From: Ptychomitrium polyphyllum
Taxonomy: Eukaryota
Assembly (NCBI GenBank): GCA_973851085.1
Contig: OZ316775.1
Span: forward strand, 17,174,001-17,238,000
Length of the DNA: 64,000 nt
Reading direction: 5' to 3'
Shown: positions 36,806-49,153 of the stretch, in pieces
Numbering within the stretch: the first letter of the stretch is position 1
Layout: every line of letters begins with the position of its first letter
The notes under the pieces: model-generated
Told to the model about the DNA's origin: nothing
What the model saw: the letters and a program-made list of their open reading frames with translations, nothing else
Database searches by the model: none
Position numbers and translations under genes: made by a program

Positions 36806-37948
36806 TGTCGCGCACCTCGCCTTGAGGAGTGCTTGCAACACTAAGGGCACAAGGGGGACCCCAAAGTGACGTCCGGGACTTGTGGCGCCGATAGTGAGGA
36901 GAATCGAGTGGGCCTAATTTGGGAAGGACCCCTAAGGGGAGAAACAACCTTGCCCATGTAGATCGAGAACCATGATTGATAAATCGTGGGCATTAAAGGA
37001 ATCATGAAGAGCTGATTCTAGAATGCTAAGGATTGCTCAAATCGGATATGGGAGCTAAAAGTTATGGCACCCCAAAGTTGAGGTACTAAGGGGCTGTTCT
37101 GGAGTGTGGCAGCCCTACACAGTGACTGTGCTGGAGTGGGATAGTCCAGGGAGGGACTCCCCAAGAGTCCCGAACCTTGGAAGGGGCGTATTTTCCACAA
37201 TACTAACTCAAATTGGACGTTTGAGGAGTCTATCGGCATCTACGCAAAGAGTAGATGACGATAGAGTGGTCTTTTGATACATTCGGGAATCAAATGAGGA
37301 AGATATGGCGCCCTAAAGGTCCGCTGGGAGTCCCGGAGGCTTCCAGCGGCTAAGTCCCAAGGAAGATCGGGTGGTCTTCCAAAACACTAAGTGTGTCGGG
37401 GTTCAGCTAGCTCTAGAGGGCCAGGGGGCCTGCCGAATCCCACAGAGAATACTATAAGGGAGGGCTGGTCCCCCTCTCCACTCCCCTAGTGTCCCGGTAG
37501 AGACCAAGGGTGAGTCCCGGTTGGTGGAGCTAGTGTTGGGGCTTTACCACGGGGACTCCCACACCATTGTGAGCCGGTGGACGGCCGGTTTCACGAAGGG
37601 AACTAGCACGTTCAAAAGGGTACGCTTGTTACCACTAAATTGGGATGGTGTCTTCACGCCGGCACCATGACGGCCGGGGTGATCTTAGGATCACTTGGGC
37701 ATCATGAGTGGTGGTGAGGAGACACCACTAAGTGCGGTTAGGCCGTGTGGAATGGGAGTAACACCAAGTGAGGCCTTGGACATGAATGGAAGTCCGCACT
37801 TAACCATTGGCTACTAATAAATTGGGTGTCCTAAGAGAAATGGTAGAAAGACTTGGAAAGTGAAAATGGGAGTTAACCATGTGCATGTGGGGGTGTATAG
37901 GGTTGACGTGCGTAATGCTTGTTAAGGTGCATTGCAAGGGTTGCGACA
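36806..37948 (+). repeat. Galadriel-like LTR without TSD (recombinant solo LTR)
   Basis: Complete LTR tgtcgcgcacc...ttgcgaca. Flanks tctaa and cttcc do not match and belong to different elements. Confidence 0.88.
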
Positions 37949-38068
37949 CTTCCTAAGAACATCGAAAGACTATGGAGACATCTTAAAGTATTCTAAAAAG
38001 CTATTCTAATATACTAGAAGGTTTTAGAATGTTCTAATGACTATGTTGCATGATCTATGTCCGTGACA
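37949..38068 (-). repeat. 5' fragment of short Tcn1-like LTR
   Basis: Ends gatctatgtccgtgaca, the reverse complement of tgtcacggacatagatc. Confidence 0.85.
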
Positions 38069-38091
38069 CTTTCCATCATTCATTTCTTATA

Positions 38092-39752
38092 TTTGAAATA
38101 GAACTAATTGGTGCATCCCATAACTAATCAGATTTTAGGAGAATTCTCACTAGTTGGCCTTAGAAGGCTTAGTTAAAATTGGACTAATTCCAATTCAATT
38201 ATGAAAAACAAAGAAAAAATTTAGCTTGGTTATGTTGGAAAAAATCAAATATTAATAGAAGTGATAAGTGAATTCAAAAGTAGGTTTGAATTTAGAAGTA
38301 TCTTTAATTTTGAAGTATATTGAATTTAAAATGAAAGCTAAATTTAAAAACTAGTCCAAATTAAGTCAACAGGGCTAAAATTAATAAATAATGATAAATT
38401 TAGTAAACAAAGTCAAAAAATTAAAATTTAGAATATATGCTAAATTTAAAAGACTGGTTAAAATCCATGAAATAGCTAGATTTGGAAATAATAGCTAAAT
38501 TTAGAAATTCCTAGTGTTAGAAAAACTTATTTGTACAATTTAATTACAGAATTCAAGGTTTGAAGGAAGGTATTTAAAGAAAAGGTAGAATAATTTGAGA
38601 GGGAGTTGGGAAGAGCTAGGTTTTAGAAAATTGGAATTACAAAGAATTATGTTAATAGTGGAGAGAAGAAAAAGAAGTCTCTTTAGAAGAAAGCGTAGGA
38701 AGAAAGAGTTTTTGGAAGCATGAGAAGAAAATTACAAGAAGTAGAATGCAACCATCAAGTATTTAAATTTTGGTATTTTGCTATTTCTTTATCCCGAGCT
38801 TACAAAGGAGGGAATGGTATTTTTAGTACAATGAAAAGGAAAGTATATTGAGGATAAAAAACAAGTAAAAAGAAAGAAATAATTAGTTTAGATATATTTT
38901 TGACGGCAGTAAAGACAACAAAAAGATAGCAAGAAAAAGTTATTGATATTAGTACGCATATAAAAAAAAATGGGATTACAGTGTAAAAGAACCAAGAAAA
39001 AGCTGCACAAAGAAATAGACTTGCAATTCCAAATGAACACAAAATTGAATACAAATTTGGTAGATTTGATAGTAATAAAGTCAATGTGATAGAGCATTTA
39101 AGAAGAGGCCCACGGAAAATTAGTAGTATTTGGCAGTAACAACAACGGCAGTGAACGGCAATAAGACCGATGGAGCCAAATAGTAATGATTGCAGAGACC
39201 AAGGCGGAAAATTCAACTAGGAACATGGAGATTGTTGAAGTAGACTTGCATCAGGTCAGAAGGAGGTGAAAGTGCAAAATTAAAAGCAAGATTTGGAACG
39301 TCAACAACAAGCAACTAAAGCAATTCAGCACTAGCAATAGTGCTCAAAAGGGAGCTGTAGCAGCATCAGTAGCAGATACGGAACAACAAGCAGCTCCAAG
39401 AAGTGCAAGACCAATTAACGTAAATAGCCATGAGCAACCAATTTAGCAATAGCAAAGGTGAATTACTATATAAGTGGCTCAATTTGGGTGTTGAGGAACC
39501 AAAGCAGAAAAACTATTGACATTTGTTTTGGCAAGGCCATTCATTGTTTTCTTTATCAATATAGGAATGAGCCAATATAAAAGCTCATGTTATGCTGCTA
39601 CTCACGGCTTTGTAAAATAACTAATCAATTGCAGGTCATATTAGATTTTGAGGTAAATAATATAAATTAGGCACAACAAATCATAGACTACAACGCTAAT
39701 AAAAAAACTACATGAATCTAGGAATGTATGAAAAAGTAAGTTCTCCAATTAA
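38092..39752. repeat. Unclassified ~1.65-kb dispersed repeat, copy 2
   Basis: Same orientation as, and colinear with, 27362-29008. Confidence 0.8.
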
Positions 39753-39910
39753 TGGAGGCTTATTTTAAGTTCTCAAGGTAGAACCTTCCTAATAAGTTTC
39801 TTAAAGAAGTGGAATGGCTATGGAAGCATTGAAAGTATTCTAAGGAGCTATTACAATGTGTCAGAAGATTATAGATGTTCTAAAGATTATGTTGCATGAT
39901 CCATGTTCAC
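39753..39910 (-). repeat. Fragment of short Tcn1-like LTR
   Basis: gattatgttgcatgatccatgttc matches the reverse complement of the LTR 5' end. Confidence 0.7.
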
Positions 39911-39973
39911 TAGAGATCCTATCATTCATATATTTTATAATGGATTAATGTTGAAGGGAATTTTGGCTCATGG

Positions 39974-40545
39974 TGTCACGGACATAGATCATGTGACATA
40001 GTTCCTAGAGCATTCTTAGTACCTTCTGGTATATTATAGTAGCTTCTTAGAATACTTTCAAATGTCTCCATAATCCTTCCATGTTCTTAAGAAGCTTCTG
40101 AGGAAAGTTCCTCCAATTTAGGAAACTTCCTAGGAAGATTTCATCATCTTAGGAAACTTCCTAAGAAAATTCCACCACCTCAAGAAACTTCCTAAGAAGG
40201 TTCTACCTCTTTAGAAAATTTCTATAGAAGGTTCCAATTCCTTGGAAGTTTCTTAAGAAGATTCCAACGTCTTAGAAAACTTCTTGGAAAGGTTCTTTAG
40301 ACTTCTAGATCATTCTTAAGCCTTATAGAAAGCTTTTTTAAAAGTATCCTAGGAGATACAAGCGTTATAGTATAAATAGGAGGCAAGACGAGATATTCCT
40401 TAGTCTTGCCAACACAAGTTGTGGATCATCTTGTATCCTACCTTGTTCTAGTTTCTGTATCAAGTTCTCATTAATCATTAGCTCTTTGGAAGTTAATTCT
40501 TGGGAAACACTTTGTTTTTGCTTCTTATTTCTTGTATCCCTAACA
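39974..40545 (+). repeat. Short solo LTR (Tcn1-like family)
   Basis: tgtcacggac...tccctaaca with TSD catgg/catag (4/5). Contains TATAAATA and tandem ~30-bp units. Confidence 0.9.
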
Positions 40546-43500
40546 CATAGAAGGTCAGAGGATTCATCAAATGATGAAATGGAAATAAATGCTATGGTAG
40601 TTTATGCAATGGAAATTATATAAAATAATAACTAAGTGTTTATTGCAAAAAGTACAAATGAAGCCAATATCATGGATGAAGGCAAGTGAACTTTTACTTT
40701 GATTGAAATAGAAATTGAAGCAAGAATTTTTTAATTTTGAGAAATGAAGTCTTTTGTAAAGCGTTATGAATACAAGAAATTATTTTGTATATATTTGCAT
40801 CTTTTTGCATTCACTAATTAAGATTTATAAAATATGAATATAAAAGTCTATAATATTGAACTACTTTTGAATGCCAAATCTATGAAGCATAAGTCTTTTC
40901 ATATAAATTCCAACTATATGACTACTATGAAAAGACAATTAAATAGATTGTTGGAAGTAAGTTTATAAAGTTTTGTTGGTAATTGTGAATGGATATCATC
41001 AATTATTTTGGTACCAAAACGTAATAAAAAGCTATAGATTTGCATTGATTACAAAAAATTCAATGCACCTATTAAAAATGATAGTTCTATTATATCATTT
41101 TGCAATGAAATATTGAAAGGATTAGCTGGATATAACATGTATATTTTTGCAAATGGATTTAGTGGTTACCATCAAATAAAAATTGTAGTTGAAAATCAAC
41201 TTAAGACAACATTAAATCATCATGGGGTACTTTTTCTTATACTGTTGTGTCATTTGGGCTATGCAATGTTTCAAGAATATTTTAAAGACTTATACATAAG
41301 ATATTAGGATCTTACATTGGCATCCTTGTGAAAGCCTTTATGAATGATTTTGATATTTATAGAAGTCAAGCAAAACATCTAAAGAAGTTGGAAAAAGTCT
41401 TTCAAAGACTTGATGCTACTGGAGTGACATTAAGTGTTGAGAAGATTAAGGTAGTGTTTTCCTAAAAAATTGAAGCTATTGTAAAAATATTATTTTTTAA
41501 GACTAAACAAGCAATATGGATTTTTTTGAGAATCACTTGCTACTATTGACGTTATGTTTCAATGTATGATCTTTAAACCTTTGATTAAGTTCTTAAATAA
41601 TGATGCACCATTGCCTAAAGAGACAGTAGAAGCTGTAAAAGTTTTTAAAATATTGAAAAAAAAGCTTCAAAATACTTCTATTATAAAGCCTTTAAGTTAG
41701 ATACATCCAAAAGAAATTATATAATTATAGAAAACAAAAGATTGGCAGTTCTTTTTGCCTTGAGGTAATTTTACTATTATTTATTGGAAAGAAAAACCAC
41801 TATCTTCAGTTATCTTCTTAATTAGTCCAATACTACAAGGGAAATTATTTAGTGGATAATATTGATATAAAAATTTAATATTGACATTAAATACAAAGCA
41901 AATGTTAGGAACACAAGAAACAAGAAGCAAAAACAAAGTGTTTTTCAAGAATTAGCTTCTAAAGAGCTAATTAGCTTCTAAAGAGCTAATGATTTAATAA
42001 AAACTTGATATAAAAACTAGAACAAGGCAAGATTCAAGATGATCCACAACTTGTGTTGAAAAGACTAAGGAATACCTTGTCTTGTCTCCTATTTATACTA
42101 TGATGTTTGTATCTCCTAAGATATTTCTAAAGAAGCTTCCTATAAGAGTTAAGAATGTTCAAGAAATCTAAGGAACCTTCCTAAGAAGCTACCTAAGATA
42201 TTGGAACCTTCCTAAAAAGCTTCTAAGGAGTTGGAACCTTCCATGGAAGTTTCTTAAGATGTTGGAACCTTCTTTGGAAGTTTCTTAAGGTAGTGGAACT
42301 TTTTAGGAAGTTTCCTAAAGAGGTAAAACCTTTTTAGGAAGTTTTCTAAGGTGGAGGAATTTTCCTAGGAAGCTTTCTAAAAACATAGAAAGGCTATGGA
42401 GACATTTAAAAGTATTCTAAGAAGCTATTATAGTATACTAGAAGATTCTAGAATGTTCTAAAGACTATGTTGCATGATCTATGTTCGTGATAATAGATGT
42501 TAAATATGCTAAAACAAACTTTTTATTACAAACTAGCATAAACGAGAGAAAAATATTAGAAGATGATGATTTTTTAGATTTGATGGTAATTAATGTATAA
42601 AAACAACTAAAAAAATAGAGAGATATTATTCAGTTTTTGGATGAAGTAAAATTCTCCAAAGATGCCACAAAGCAAATGAAAGATTGAATTATATATAAAA
42701 ATTGGTCTTACACATTGATTGAGAATTTGTTGTATTTTTGTGGAAGGGATGGAATTTTGACGTACAATTGATAAGGAAGAAATGTCAAAACTCTTATATG
42801 AGTTTTATAAAGGATTTTGTAAAGGTTATTTTGCAGAATACATTATTATAGAGAAGATATTAATTGGAAGGTGTTACTAAGCAACCTTGTTCTAAGATGC
42901 ATATGATTATTGCAAGAAATGTGAAGTATGTGAAGTTTGTGCAAATAAGTCAATAATTTGTAGTGAGTTGCATCCAATTTATTCAATGGGACCAATTAAA
43001 AAATGAAGAATTGATTTGATGGATTCTTTGGCTAGTTATAAAATAAAGATTTTGGTTCATTATTGTTGCAACAAATTATCTAAATTAATTTATTGAAGTA
43101 CAAGCATTCAAAAGTTCAGTTAAAAACAAAGTTGCAAATTATATATATAAAAGAACTGGTACAAATTTAGGAGTATCATTGAAATAGGTCTCTAATCAAA
43201 GACCTCAACTTACAAGCAATGTGGTGAAAAATTTGATATAGTGTTTGAGTATTAAGCATTGCTTTACAACAACATATAAACCTAGTGCTAATGGATTTAT
43301 TGATTGTTATGTTACTAATGGATTTGTTGATTTGTTGATTTGTTGATTGCGGTTACAAGCACTACAAGCTAGTAAGGACACTAAAGCCAAAATGAAGAAG
43401 GCTTGAGATAAATGATTATAAAAACAAACAATGATTTTTCATAAAGGAAATCTAATGATGGTTTATGATTTAAGGCATTACAATCAAGCTCACAAAAAAC

Positions 43501-43650
43501 TTTTGCCAAAATGGTCCATATCAAATTACTAAAGTATTTGAAGACAATTACAAATACAAATTAAGAAATTTGGATGGTTTTCTTTATCTGAAAAAGATGA
43601 ACTATGACAAATTAAAAAAAATGTATGTTAATCATGAAGTAGTCATGTAT
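40546..43650 (+). mobile_element. Highly decayed non-chromovirus gypsy (Athila/Tat-like) RT-RH-integrase relic
   Basis: ICIDYKKFNA, LAGYNMYIFANGFSGYHQIKI (a DGFSGYxQI-type motif), integrase remnants (C..C..C near 42910, TTTYKPSANG near 43270, KKLLPKW near 43500). Lineage is inferred. Confidence 0.75.
41903..42492 (-). repeat. Short solo LTR (Tcn1-like family), inverted
   Basis: tgttaggaacacaag...gttcgtgata, the reverse complement of the family LTR, with a local 19-bp duplication near 41951-41990. Confidence 0.88.
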
Positions 43651-44094
43651 AATATTTCTAATTCCAAAGACGGAATTTAGATTGAGTATAGGAGTATATT
43701 AGCTTCTGAAGAACTTGTGTAAATGAATTGTAAACTTTTGAAAGACCCAAACAAATAAACTATCTTTTAACCACTTGAATTGATGAGTTGATAAAGTTTG
43801 TTTAATAAGATAATATTAAGCTTAATTTACTTGTAGCTTCAAAAATATTTGTAACTTCAAAAATACTTGTATTGATTATGTTGATAAAAGCCTTGACTTA
43901 TGGTAGACAATGAAACTAAAGTCTATTTAGTAACAAATCTTAGGTTAAGTTTGATTGATTTTTAATTAGAAATATAATAAAATAATGGAAATAGTGTTAG
44001 AAAAGTTATTATGAATTATAATATATAAGGGATTATGGCCAAATGCACAGACACTTGAAAATCATTTGCCAATTGTGTGTTTTATGATGAAGTG

Positions 44095-44155
44095 AAATTT
44101 ATGTAATGTTATGGAATATATGTAATGTTATGGAATTTATGTAGAATTATGGACT
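44095..44155. repeat. ~19-bp tandem repeat (atgtaatgttatggaat..) x~3
   Basis: Direct reading. Confidence 0.7.
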
Positions 44156-44177
44156 TATAGATGTGGAGATTGCAGTT

Positions 44178-44767
44178 TTAACTATAATAAGGGAGAGTAT
44201 TTTGTGATATAAAGGAGTTAAAGTTATGTGTTAGTTGATGTTGGCAATTCTTGCGAAGTGGGCGTATTAATCGAGGGAGAAGCTGGCCAGGAGAATGAAG
44301 AACACCACTGCGCTGTCGCTGTGTGGCACCGTGCTCGGCACTCAATGCTTCGTCTTCGTCCGCCTTTGTTGAATTTTCTGCAAGAGCGTCGCCATCGGCC
44401 CTCCGCTTCTTGTAGTGCACGATCGAAGTTACAAGGCCATCAACACCGCATGCAGTGCACACACCGATCCCCAACGGCGCTCCCAGAAGCGCCCCGGCCG
44501 CTTGAAGCGCAACTTAGATCGATCCCGACGAAACACCGACGCGGTTCGGGACGGCGATGCTGCTTTTCCACCCTGCAGCGTAGGAACCGGCTGCTGGTCC
44601 TAGTACGGTGAAGCAAATTGCGTTGAGCGCTACGCCTTTTCTGCGACAGCTCCTATTGATCCGAGGATGGCTCCCGCTGCACCCCCGGCCGCACCCCGTA
44701 TAACGATTTTCAGGGAAATCGGTGGGCAACTCGCAATGGCACCGGAAGCTTTCTTTTTGTATTCTTC
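44178..44767 (-). pseudogene. IFI6/IFI27 (ISG12, Ifi-6-16)-like membrane protein pseudogene
   Basis: 44633-44490 translates VALNAICFTVLGPAAGSYAAGWKSSIAVPNRVGVSSGSI*VALQAAGA, gaplessly colinear with the ISG12 motif. It is preceded, across one frameshift, by KIVIRGAAGGAAGAILGSIGAVA. TATA-like ttataaag lies near 44915 on the minus strand. In-frame TAA at 44516-44514. Confidence 0.7.
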
Positions 44768-45281
44768 CTAGCAGCTACCAGAGCTTGGCAATGCACAGGA
44801 GTTAGATGCGCTACTCTTGAGTTTTACAGATAAGAAAGAAGGATTTGGCCAAGCTTGTGAGGTGCAGGGGCGAGGAGATGAGCACGGCCTATGTGCTAGA
44901 TGTTTGTGCTTTTATAATGTACAGTACTGACACTGTATGCAAAGCCATATTCGTGAAACTGGCCAATCCCTGTTGTTTTGACTGTTAGAACTAGTATGAA
45001 TGTGACAACTATGAAAATAACGGGGATTGCCCAATTTATCGAATATGGCGTTATGAACATTACCCCTACTCTTAGTAGACGGCAGGCACTGTACGAGGTA
45101 CTATTTGAGACCTGTGGAGACTTAAGTTGTTGATTGAGTTTTTAACACATGCATTGGTTGGCGTGCAATTTTAGAATCCCATTACAGTCGGTACCTGAGA
45201 AAGACCAATCGCCTCGGCTTTTTGCATGCCATTTGCTTCAATTTAATTGCAAGAATTGCTTAGAATTGATTTAAACCGCCT

Positions 45282-46096
45282 CTAGTTCAGTGTGAACGTA
45301 CTACCGGCATTTGACAGAGAAATCGGAGGATCGGGGGACGTCTTACATGTGTAGCTTTTGTAGAGGTAAGAGTGGGGTATCCTATCTCCATAGCAGTTTT
45401 CTGTACCTGTTGTGCGTGCTAAAAATTCGAGCTTGTGAAGCCAGGGTCCAGCGTGGTACTGTGGTACTTTTGTGAAAGCCATATATAGATTTTTGATGTT
45501 AGAATTCTCTCTTGATACCGTAGACCTCTTGAATTTGTACCGGTGCACTCTGTGTTGGTGCATTTCAACATCTATATATGCAGGGAAATCAGCGTTAGTG
45601 AGCATGAGCGGCATTCTCGTTTCCCTTTTTAATTTGTTTCCGTCCCATTATTTCGTGCATCTGGAAGTCACTCATGCCACCGTCCGCGTCTAACATGAAA
45701 CAGTCCAGAGTCAAGTTGCGTCCCTTGAATCCACTAAGTTACATGGCTCTGAAGGTGCCCATGCCTAGTCCACGTACTGGTTTACTAATCTGTTATAGCT
45801 GTTTAAAAGGTCTGTCTGAAATGAGTGGCACCAGAGTGTTAAAAATGTAGACTACCAGTACGTATCCAAATTTGCAGATACCTTTACTACCATATAGTGT
45901 CACTTGGGGACATCTTATCATTTAAATCATTGTCGCCGTAGACAGAGACTAACTGCAACAATGTCCAATTTCTTCCTGCTGCTACAATGTTGTGTAGCGT
46001 ATCACCTGGACTGATTATGTGCAACTTGAACTTCTTGTTGAACCTCATTGCATGTGAGAATACCCATAATCTAAAATGACGAGTGCTGAATGACAA
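45282..46096 (-). pseudogene. Unidentified fragmented coding-like region downstream of the F-box remnants
   Basis: Two same-strand ORF pieces (45282-45614, 45887-46096) in non-TE base composition. No family recognised. Confidence 0.25.
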
Positions 46097-46192
46097 GGTT
46101 CTACATGATACAGCACCATAGAAGCTTCAGAAGTACTCGTGCATCAGAAGACCAAACATCACGAATCACTGCTACGATTTAGTGATAGAGTG

Positions 46193-46630
46193 CTAAATTT
46201 TAGCCTTCATGTCGAAGGTAACCTTCTTCATGTTCTTCCGGTAGTACCGCCAGCAGTAACTTAATCTGGACCTATTCAACACAAGAGTAATGGGCTGCAA
46301 TTCCTCGAGATCTGTAGACGAGGAAAAGGGATGCATTTCCACTCCATGATTCTCATCATCATCTGAAGCAAAGGTAATGGAGTCTCTGTATTTAGATATT
46401 GCGCTACTTATCCAACTGAATTGCTTTGGCAGAGGAAGATAACATGATGAAGCTTCTAGAATTATTCTGGAATTACTCAAGTCGACCTGGTAGATGCTGA
46501 AAGCCGAATTCGTCGCCAACATAAGACGAAAATTCCCGTCGTTGACCACAAACGACTTGTTTATTTCGGAGCTTGGATGAGGCTTAATCTTCTTTCTCCT
46601 TAACATACTCTGGTCCTCAGTGTCAAAGGC
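46193..46630 (-). pseudogene. C-terminal remnant of a tandem F-box paralogue
   Basis: KIKPHP..SFVVNDGNF...LEELQPITLVLN...WRYYRKNMKKVTFDMKAKI parallels 48350-47893. No F-box N-terminus seen upstream. Confidence 0.75.
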
Positions 46631-47892
46631 GAGCTCTTAGACCAGCTAGAGAGTCCTCTTGCCGAAAGAGTTGCAATTGGAAGAATGCAATTCATGGATC
46701 AGTCTGCAAAAGTGCAACAAGCAACTGAGTGCACCAAATGTCTTTTATGCAGCTACTTGCAGACATCTCACAACTATATATCCTGTGATGGCGAACATGG
46801 AGAGAACTAATGTTAAACTCGCAGAGTTGTCAAAGTCATTGTCATCGTGGAGGGAGAGAAATGGATCAGAGATCAATTGCAACCACGTTTGCTAATATTA
46901 TTTATACTGTCAGAATTATTTGCTAAAACAATTCCCTTGCACTCCAGTACTCAATATGTTGCTGTGTTGTCAACTGTAGGTGTATCTGCTTGATTGATTG
47001 CTCAAACAACATCGAGGAACAATGCAAGTAAACAGATGTACACGAGTTCACAAGTAAACTACTACCGGAAGTCAAGTTCTTCAAGTTTCTCATATCAATT
47101 TTTTCTTATAAAATTTCACAAGCTAGCCACTAGTGAATATTTGCATCATACTAGCAAGACACCAAGCAAGATTCAAGAGGCACCGTTCAGCTCGTATCAC
47201 TGAGTCCAGCATTCCCTCGAAAGGATGATATTATAAGGAAATTTTTTGACATAGACGCCTGGATTAACTATTCGCTTGATTAACTAACTCTTATTCTTGC
47301 GATGAAATCGACTTACAGAGCAAGGCCTCGGACCTTGGATAACAGTATTTTGAGGGACCACTACAGGAATTCCTAAACCACAGGCCTACTCAAATATTCT
47401 GAAACCGGCACGAACAGTTTAGAGAGTAGCTCCATTGCCATTGATAACATTGAATTGAGTAGCGTACCTCAAAAAAAGATTGCAACAGGGAACAGCAATA
47501 TAAGAGAGATCGAGTTGACTACAATCCGACACAATATGAGGATATGTTCTGCAATTAGGGCTTAAATAATGAAGATAGCAAGTGCCAGAACAGAACAAGG
47601 GTCTTAGAAGTTATCGTGCAAAGACCACCAAGCACTCAAATCTATCCCATTCAACAAGATAAAAGGTCTGAGAATCAACTGATTTTGTTCTAATGGTGCC
47701 AATCTTTTGTGTTCAATTCAAGGTGCTTTAGATAACATCGAACAATGCTCACGTATGTACATCATCCACACGAGTTCTTAGGAATTCCAAATATCCTGCC
47801 AGGATTCAAAATCTTATCAAACTACCCGGTTACTTATCAAATAACTTCCAAAATGTACATGGCATGGGCCAAAAGAATTGCAAAATCAAGAG

Positions 47893-49153
47893 CTAGATAA
47901 TTGCCTTCATGTCAAAGTTGACCTTCTTCATGTTCTTCCGATAGTACCGCCAGTTGTAACCTAATCTAGGCCTGATTCAACACCAGACTAATGGGTTGCA
48001 ATTCTTCGAGTTCTGCAGACCAGGAAAAAAGTTGAACTCCCACTCTATTATTCCCACCATCACCAGAAGCGAAAATAATAGAATTTTCGTATTCAAAAGT
48101 AGCGTTCCATATCCAAGTGAACGGCTTTGGGCGAGAAACATACAATGCTATATCATCAGCCTGTATCATCATGGAATCGCTATTTCGTGCCGCAAACATG
48201 TCAAAATATATGTCAAAGAAGCGGCCCCCTTTTACTTGGGTCAAGTCCACCTTTTTGATGCAGAAACACAGATTCTCCTGCACAATCAGGAGCAAATTGC
48301 CGTCGCTGACCACAAATGACAGGTCTGTAGCTTACGGATGGGGCTTAACTTTTACTCTCCTAGTTAACTCCCTTGGGTCCTTAACATCACAAGTGAAGAG
48401 GTTGAATCGCTCCACCGAGCCATCCCTGCTATTCCAGACTTCCCGTAGACACACGTAGAAAACACCTTCAAAATGATACATTAAAAAAGAGTATTGGTTC
48501 ATTAGGAGGCCGTAGTAGACGCAAGTCAAGTATAGGTTTCCAAGAATCAGAAACAGAATCATACATGAAGTACTGTAACGCACTGTACGTGTTATACATG
48601 CTGGTTCTTGCTGCAAATATCTTGTACTCCCCAGAGCTCTCTTTGTGCATTACAAGGTCCCTGGGCTTGTCTAGCCCTGGCCACCAATTTTCAATTTGCG
48701 AGAGAGCTTTGCAACTCCTGGTTAAAGGGTTACACAGCAGTAAACGGTAATGGCAAATGGAGGCTCTTCTGGTTTGTGGTTCCAAAATTTTGGCCCACAC
48801 GACTAGCAGGCCACCGTCTGAACAATCGATTTGAGATCTCCAAGAAACCGGGTAAACAAGTCGGGGTATCCTTAGCAGCACGAAAGAAAGGTCAATGCAA
48901 CTCCAAATATTACTCGTCGTACTATACAGATAACAGAGTCGGAGCTGGTCTCCATGAGGTGAATTGCAGGGAATATTCAGAAGGTAAGGTTCCTCGGGGC
49001 GAATTGCCAGCCTGGTATTCCAGTACTGAATACCAGGCACACAGACCTGAATCTGCAGCGAGTGGGAAAGGGAAGCCATGGCAGGACGTATTCCTCACGT
49101 ACTTCTGTTGGCAGTTGCCTCCATAGCGTCGCGTCCAGCTCTTGTGCCATCAT
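47893..49153 (-). pseudogene. F-box protein pseudogene (F-box plus beta-propeller-type associated domain)
   Basis: LDATLWRQLPTEVREEYVLPWLPFPTRCRFRSVC is an F-box. Downstream motifs are SDGGLL, LLLCNPLTR, MYDSVSDSW and GVFY. Frameshifts near 49025, 48475 and 47965, and an in-frame stop at 48332. Confidence 0.85.

Noticed and set aside
40090..40300. Regular ~30-bp partly palindromic repeats resembling a CRISPR array
   Set aside because: Units are adjacent and degenerate with no unique spacers, lie within an LTR, and no cas genes are present in this eukaryotic context.
44228..44611. Plus-strand 127-aa Arg-rich ORF
   Set aside because: Antisense to the ISG12-like remnant and without independent support.
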